This document shows positions 58,965 through 64,000 of a DNA stretch of 64,000 nt, piece by piece. The stretch's first letter is position 1; every line of letters begins with the position of its first letter. The notes below the pieces were generated by a model. The model worked only from the letters and a program-made list of their open reading frames with translations, had not been told where the DNA came from and did not search any database. The position numbers and the translations under genes are program-made. Source of the stretch: Candidatus Versatilivorator sp. (GTDB lineage Bacteria > Acidobacteriota > Terriglobia > Versatilivoradales > Versatilivoraceae). The stretch spans positions 2,432,001-2,496,000 of the forward strand of contig OZ242296.1 in NCBI GenBank assembly GCA_965207735.1, read 5' to 3'.

Positions 58965-59222
58965 GCTCTTTTCGTCTCCTTGGTTGCTCGGTTGGACCTC
59001 CCCGGATGGATCTCTTCCGCAAGGCGGCCAGCCTATGGCCACGGCCCAGGCTGGTGACGATATCCCAAGACCGCACCAGCGGCAACAGAACGTTTCTTGC
59101 AGAACGTTTTGCGATGGACAATTAACATCGATGAACAGGATATACAGGATTATTGGTCGATGGTCTGGGCTGCAGGTACCGAGACCGCAGAGTGCATCCG
59201 GTGTGTTCGACCATCCCCTTGC

Positions 59223-59500
59223 CTTGTCTGAAACAACCCTGTTTCACCCTCGGATGATCTGCCCCGTCGTGGGGGGCAGGGGCGCCCCTTGCCTGAAACA
59301 AACGACAAGAGACGAAAGACAAAAGACTTATCCACGAAGGGGCACGAAGAACGACGAAGGGACACTAAGGCGTTGAGGTTAACCGCGACGGGATACCAAG
59401 GTCACAAAGGGATTATCGATTTCTGATTGTTTGACTCTCGAATGATCCGCACGACAGGGCGGGGGCGGGACTTGTCTGAAACAACCGAAAAAAGACAAAA
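59223..59500. mobile_element. Second array of IS110-ended units (28-bp minimal, 151-bp full, truncated third)
   Basis: Units 59223-59250, 59288-59438 and 59471-59500, separated by TGATC-containing spacers. Confidence 0.75.
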
Positions 59501-59544
59501 GAGCCTTTTGCAAAATTCCGCAGCCAACCGTTTTATGGAGGCTC
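59501..59544. repeat. Short IR-bounded insertion GAGCCTTTTGCAAAA..TTTTATGGAGGCTC
   Basis: Truncates the third array unit; shares 15 bp with the palindrome at 11509. Confidence 0.5.
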
Positions 59545-59560
59545 GGAACAGGTTTTGATT

Positions 59561-59588
59561 CACATGGATGCACAGGATGCACAGGATT
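59561..59588 (+). repeat. 9-mer tandem repeat (CACAGGATG) x3
   Basis: CACATGGATG CACAGGATG CACAGGATT; related copy at 59125-59151. Confidence 0.7.
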
Positions 59589-59819
59589 TGTTCAGGAAAC
59601 GCCCAGTTTCCATTCTTGAGCATCCGCAATCCCGCCTCTCATCATTGCCGGAGCCGGCTTCTCGTGCAGAAACCGCCTTACCAATTCCAGTAACGTTTAC
59701 TCTCGTCCATTGCAGTCCATAAATGTATATAAATTCAGAGTCTTACACGATTCTCGCAACTACTTGGCCGACTCGAAACATCCCTTGCGATCCACTGCCA
59801 TCCCCCATATAATTAGGGG

Positions 59820-61046
59820 ATGATTAATGTAACCAACACCACCCGCCTGCTACGTAAGACGAAACCCAAGGGCCGCCATCCCCAAAAAGCCCTCTCGGCT
59901 GCCTTCATCCGCTCCGCTCCGCCCGGAAGACACGCCGATGGGAACGGATTGTACCTCTTCGTCCAACCCAGCGGAACCCGCAGCTGGATTCAGCGCCTTC
60001 TCGTCCGCGGTCGCCGCCGTGAGCTCGGACTCGGCAGCGTTGCCCTGGTCCCGTTGGCCGAGGCCCGGGAGAAGGCGCTCGCCTACCGCAAGCTCGCCCG
60101 CCAGGGCGGGGACCCGCTCGCCGAGAAGCGACGTAGCCAGGGCATTCCCACCTTCGCCGAAGCCGCCATGCGTGTGCTGGAGCAGAAGCGGGACGGCTGG
60201 CGCAATCCAAAACACTCCCGCGAGTGGCTGTCGAGCCTGAGTCGGTTCGCCTTCCCCCGCATCGGCAAGATGCCGGTCTCCGAGGTCACCAGCGCCGATC
60301 TGCTTGAGATCCTCACGCCCCTCTGGCACCGGAAGGTGGCCACGGCCAAGCGGGTGCGCCAGCGCCTGCGGGCGGTCCTGGAATGGGCGGTGGCCATGGA
60401 GTACCGCCTTGACAACCCCTGTGACCGGATCGGTCCGGTGCTGGGTTCCCAACAGGACGTGACCGAGCACATGCAGGCCGTGCCCCATCGGGAGGCGGGT
60501 GCGGTGATACGTAGGGTGCGGGCATCGGCAGCGCTGCCGGGCGTCAAGTTGGCTCTTGAGTTCCTGGTGCTGACGGCAGCCAGGTGGGGCGAGGTGCGGT
60601 GGGCCGAGTGGAAGGAGATCGATCGGGACGGGAGGGTGTGGACCGTCCCGGCCAGACGGGCAAAGACGAACCGCCGGCACCGGGTGCCTCTGTGTGGCCG
60701 CGCCCTGGAGATTCTCGAAGTGGCCCGAGCACTCGAAGAGGGAGACGGTCCGCTGGTGTTCACCCATGGGGGCGGGAAGCCTCTCCATGACAGCATGCTG
60801 CGGCGCCTGTTGCGCAGACTTGGGATTGCGGCGGTGCCGCACGGGTTCCGCTCGACATTCCGGGACTGGGCGGGGGAGGAAACGGATCATCCCCGGGAGG
60901 TAATCGAGGCGGCCTTGGCGCATGTGGTCCGGAACCGGGTGGAGGCGGCCTATGCCCGCTCGGACCTGTTTGAGCGCCGGCGCATCCTGATGGACGACTG
61001 GGCGCGGTACTTGGCCCAAGGGACGGCTACGGACTCGGAGGCCTGA
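59820..61046 (+). CDS. P4-like tyrosine integrase with arm-binding domain
   Basis: GRHADGNGLYL arm domain; catalytic R (ARWGE), K, HGFR, LAH, AAY all intact. Confidence 0.95.
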   Translation: MINVTNTTRLLRKTKPKGRHPQKALSAAFIRSAPPGRHADGNGLYLFVQPSGTRSWIQRLLVRGRRRELGLGSVALVPLAEAREKALAYRKLARQGGDPLAEKRRSQGIPTFAEAAMRVLEQKRDGWRNPKHSREWLSSLSRFAFPRIGKMPVSEVTSADLLEILTPLWHRKVATAKRVRQRLRAVLEWAVAMEYRLDNPCDRIGPVLGSQQDVTEHMQAVPHREAGAVIRRVRASAALPGVKLALEFLVLTAARWGEVRWAEWKEIDRDGRVWTVPARRAKTNRRHRVPLCGRALEILEVARALEEGDGPLVFTHGGGKPLHDSMLRRLLRRLGIAAVPHGFRSTFRDWAGEETDHPREVIEAALAHVVRNRVEAAYARSDLFERRRILMDDWARYLAQGTATDSEA

Positions 61047-61217
61047 TTGCCAAGCGGCGATTTTTGAATCATCCATTGACATCTCTCTCGCTCGCCTTCC
61101 ACAGAGGGGAGAGAGAGTGTGTGCCAGTCTCCAAGCGCGGGAGAACAGCCGGACCATCGCCCTCTTCGACACGCTGAAAGCCTTCAGCAAGCGTGAAGCT
61201 GGGGGCATGGAGACCCC

Positions 61218-61979
61218 ATGCCCAAGACCAGGGAAACCATGATTGCCCACCTGCAGGGACGAGAAAAACTGCTGGAGTATATTGGCTTCCACCGGCAACA
61301 GGCCGAATGGATCACCCTCGTCTGCCTGCACTCGGGTCTGTTCACCCGAGACCAGCTCGCCTTCTACCTGCAGGGGGCCAACCGCTTCTACGTCCGGCGA
61401 TGCGTCAAGGCCCTGCTCGATTGCCGGGTCTCGTCCCGCCCGTTCGCCGACGAACAAGTCATAGACGGCCGGCTCATCTGTCGCATCTTCGGCAAGCAGA
61501 TCTACGAAGTGCTGGAGACCCCTCACGTCCGTCACCGCCGGGAGGCCTCGCTTGAAGTAATCGGGAGGCGACTATTGTCTCTTGACTTCGTGCTGGATCA
61601 TCTGGATTTGCCCTGGTTGACGACCGAGCAGGAGAAGGTCTCCTGCTTCGAGCAGCTCGGGATCGAGCGAGACCTGCTGCCCCTCAGGATCTACTCCGGC
61701 CATGCCAAGGGGCTGATCCACTATTTCCCCCTCAAGACGCCGGTTGCCGTGGGGCCGGAGGCGGCCGTATTTGTCTACGTCGACCCCGGCATGGGAACCC
61801 GTAGTGAGCTGGACTCCTGGGGAGAGGCCCACCGGCGACTTTGGGAGAAGCTCCGCAGGTCGGGCCGGCGCGTCGAGGTGGTTGCGGTCGCCTGGGAGCA
61901 GGTCCTGCTGGACCGTGCCGGTCGGAGACTCCGATCCTGGGTAGCCGAAAAGATGAGCGAGGACGAAAAAGAAGCCCTA
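61218..61979 (+). pseudogene. Integrase-associated hypothetical protein, 5' part (interrupted by IS1380)
   Basis: Frame continues at 63682 once the IS and one TA are removed. Confidence 0.8.
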
Positions 61980-63679
61980 GCCCGCATTTCTCACCAGAGG
62001 TAGGAAGCATCGGTTCTCGGAATCTGGTAAAATACTCTTGTCTAAGGAGTTAACCAGATTCTTAAAGGAGAACCGATGCCGACACAGTGTAACACCAAAC
62101 CCCTGGAGTTTGAACCCCACGGCCGCCGCCGCGTGGTGGCTGATTTCGACGGCGGTCCCATCACTTCCGATGCCGGCTCCCTGCTGTTGCGCCGGGTGGA
62201 TCGGGGCTTATCTCTCTCCGACCAGGTGGCCGACTGTTTCACCGATCACCGCGACCCCAAGCGGACCCAATACAGCCTGCGCACCCTCATCGCTCAGCGC
62301 ATCCGTGGCATCGCCCTCGGCTACGAGGATCTCATCGACCACGACCAACTCCGTCACGATCCCCTCATGGCCTTGTTTTCAGAGAAAGGCCGTCGTGGCG
62401 ACTCGCCTCCCCTGGCAGGCAAGAGCACCCTCAACCGACTCGAACACGCCCCCACCCAAGGCCCCACCCGCTACCACAAGATTGACCACGACCCCGAGGC
62501 CTTGCAAGCCCTCCTGGTGAAACTGTTTCTGCAAGCCCATCCCCAACCCCCCGATGAGATCATCCTCGACCTCGACGCCACTGACGATCCCCTCCACGGG
62601 GAACAAGAGGACCGCTTCTTCCACGGCTACTACCGAGGCTACTGCTACCTGCCCCTCTACATCTTCTCGGGCCGCCATCTGCTCTCGGCCCTGCTCAGAC
62701 CCGCCAACATCGATGCCTCCGCCGGCGCTCTGGAGCAGGTCCAGCGCATCGTCTCCCGCCTACGGCGTGTCTGGCCTCAGGTCAAGATCCTGCTGCGGGC
62801 CGACTCCGGCTTTGCCCGTGAGGAGCTGATGGGGTGGTGTGAGCAGCATCAGGTCGACTATCTCTTCGGCCTGGCCCGCAACTCCCGCCTCCAAGACGCC
62901 ATCGCCCCCGAGTTGGCTCAGGCCCAGGCCCTCTCAGACCAGCAACAGCAGCCCGCCCGGATCTTCACCGACCTCTCCTACCGCACTCACAAGAGCTGGT
63001 CCCACGAGCGCCGCCTGGTCGCCAAAGCCGAGGTCCTGCCCCGCGGCCCCAACCCCCGCTTCGTCGTCACCTCTCTGTCGGTCCAGGACTACCCCGCCCA
63101 GTTCCTCTATGAGAAGATCTACTGTGCCCGCGGTGAGATGGAAAACCGCATCAAGGAGCAGCAACTCGACCTGTTTGCCGATCGCACCTCCACCCACTCC
63201 TTCCGGGCGAATCAGCTCCGGCTCCTGATGACCTCTTTCGCCTATGTGCTGGTGGAGGGCTTGCGCCGGCGGGCGCTGCAATCCACCTGCCTGGCCCGGG
63301 CCACCGTCGGTTCCATCAGACTCAAACTGCTCAAGATCGGCGCTCAGGTCACCATCTCGGTCCGTCGCATCAAGGTCGCCATGGCTTCCGGATGTCCTTA
63401 CCAGAGGGAGTTCCGCATCGCTTGGGCTCACCTGCCGCCCTGAGGTGCCCTGACCCGACCGTCACTCCTGGCCCTTGAAGACGCGGCCACCAGGCCCGAT
63501 GGCAGAGGTGTCGCTGTTTTCGAGGGAAAATGCCGCCTGAGGTTCCTCGGAGAGCCTCAGAAGCCTCCGCTGTTGGCCTTTGCCTACCGATCCAGCCACC
63601 AACGTTGTTAAACTCGGCCTCAAATGCCTCCATGGCCCCTTTTACCGCTCCTGTGCGAACTCTGGTGAGAAATGCGGGC
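61980..63679 (+). mobile_element. IS1380-family insertion sequence
   Basis: Perfect 20-bp IRs GCCCGCATTTCTCACCAGAG (61980-61999 / 63660-63679); TA on both sides. Confidence 0.93.
62076..63443 (+). CDS. IS1380 DDE transposase
   Basis: FDGG.ITSDAG, GYEDL.DH..LR.DP, LDLDATD, RADSGF, YCARGEMENRIKE. Confidence 0.96.
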   Translation: MPTQCNTKPLEFEPHGRRRVVADFDGGPITSDAGSLLLRRVDRGLSLSDQVADCFTDHRDPKRTQYSLRTLIAQRIRGIALGYEDLIDHDQLRHDPLMALFSEKGRRGDSPPLAGKSTLNRLEHAPTQGPTRYHKIDHDPEALQALLVKLFLQAHPQPPDEIILDLDATDDPLHGEQEDRFFHGYYRGYCYLPLYIFSGRHLLSALLRPANIDASAGALEQVQRIVSRLRRVWPQVKILLRADSGFAREELMGWCEQHQVDYLFGLARNSRLQDAIAPELAQAQALSDQQQQPARIFTDLSYRTHKSWSHERRLVAKAEVLPRGPNPRFVVTSLSVQDYPAQFLYEKIYCARGEMENRIKEQQLDLFADRTSTHSFRANQLRLLMTSFAYVLVEGLRRRALQSTCLARATVGSIRLKLLKIGAQVTISVRRIKVAMASGCPYQREFRIAWAHLPP

Positions 63680-63681
63680 TA

Positions 63682-63888
63682 ATGCTTCGCCAAGCCATCG
63701 CTGAGACCGATTTTGACACCGTCGAACGCCATGGCGGCTTCAATGCTGTCGTAGAGAAAGTCCTCCGATGGGAGCGGGAAAACCCGGCGCCCAAGGGCCG
63801 CGAAACGATCGACGATTTCCGCCTCTGGGGGTCACGCAGATGCCGTCGTATGGGTGGCCACCTTACAAAGGGGGGGTGGCGCAAGTAG
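63682..63888 (+). pseudogene. Integrase-associated hypothetical protein, 3' part
   Basis: MLRQAIAETDFDTVERHGG...GGWRK* is in frame with ..KEAL of the 5' part. Confidence 0.75.
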
Positions 63889-64000
63889 GTGGTGCACGAT
63901 TGTGGCAATTACAAATCTGCACTATCAGAGGGCAAAGCCCTCGCTGTTGTGGTCCAGGCTGTGTCCGGGAATCCGCATTGGAAGCGGGTTGGCACGGATT

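Noticed and set aside
59600-59820. tRNA or tmRNA attachment site for the integrase
   Set aside because: No T-arm/CCA pattern and no copy of the tRNA-Arg 3' end found by eye; only short GTCCAT repeats
59820-61046. Integron integrase explaining the co-oriented palindromic sites
   Set aside because: The protein has a P4-type arm domain and no evident IntI-specific insertion, and the sites lack attC RYYYAAC/GTTRRRY ends

Overview
GC-rich bacterial chromosomal window. The gene content (CRTAC1/ASPIC, FG-GAP, DUF1549/DUF1501, sialidases, sulfatase, giant NHL-repeat protease) suggests an Acidobacteriota-like, possibly host-associated organism; this is inference only. It holds about 40 CDS: ribA, a nuclease-DinG helicase, a hydantoinase/CocE catabolic operon, a Gld-like ABC operon and three DapA-family paralogues. 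It also has one tRNA-Arg(CCT) followed by a Fic gene and an Abi-like remnant, an IS110 element, and a tyrosine integrase whose neighbouring gene is split by an IS1380. The most striking unexplained structure is a repeat system tied to the IS110. The ends of the IS110 (CT-TGTC-TGAAACAA ... TTGTTTCA-CC-CT, followed by NNNNTGATCC) recur as 150-bp non-autonomous units in two spacer-separated tandem arrays. They also recur as ~28-bp minimal copies, all in one orientation and several overlapping ribosome-binding sites. The upstream non-coding end of the IS110 contains 7-nt matches to both the element end and the flanking target motif, consistent with a bridge/seek RNA. All calls come from manual motif reading; no searches were run.
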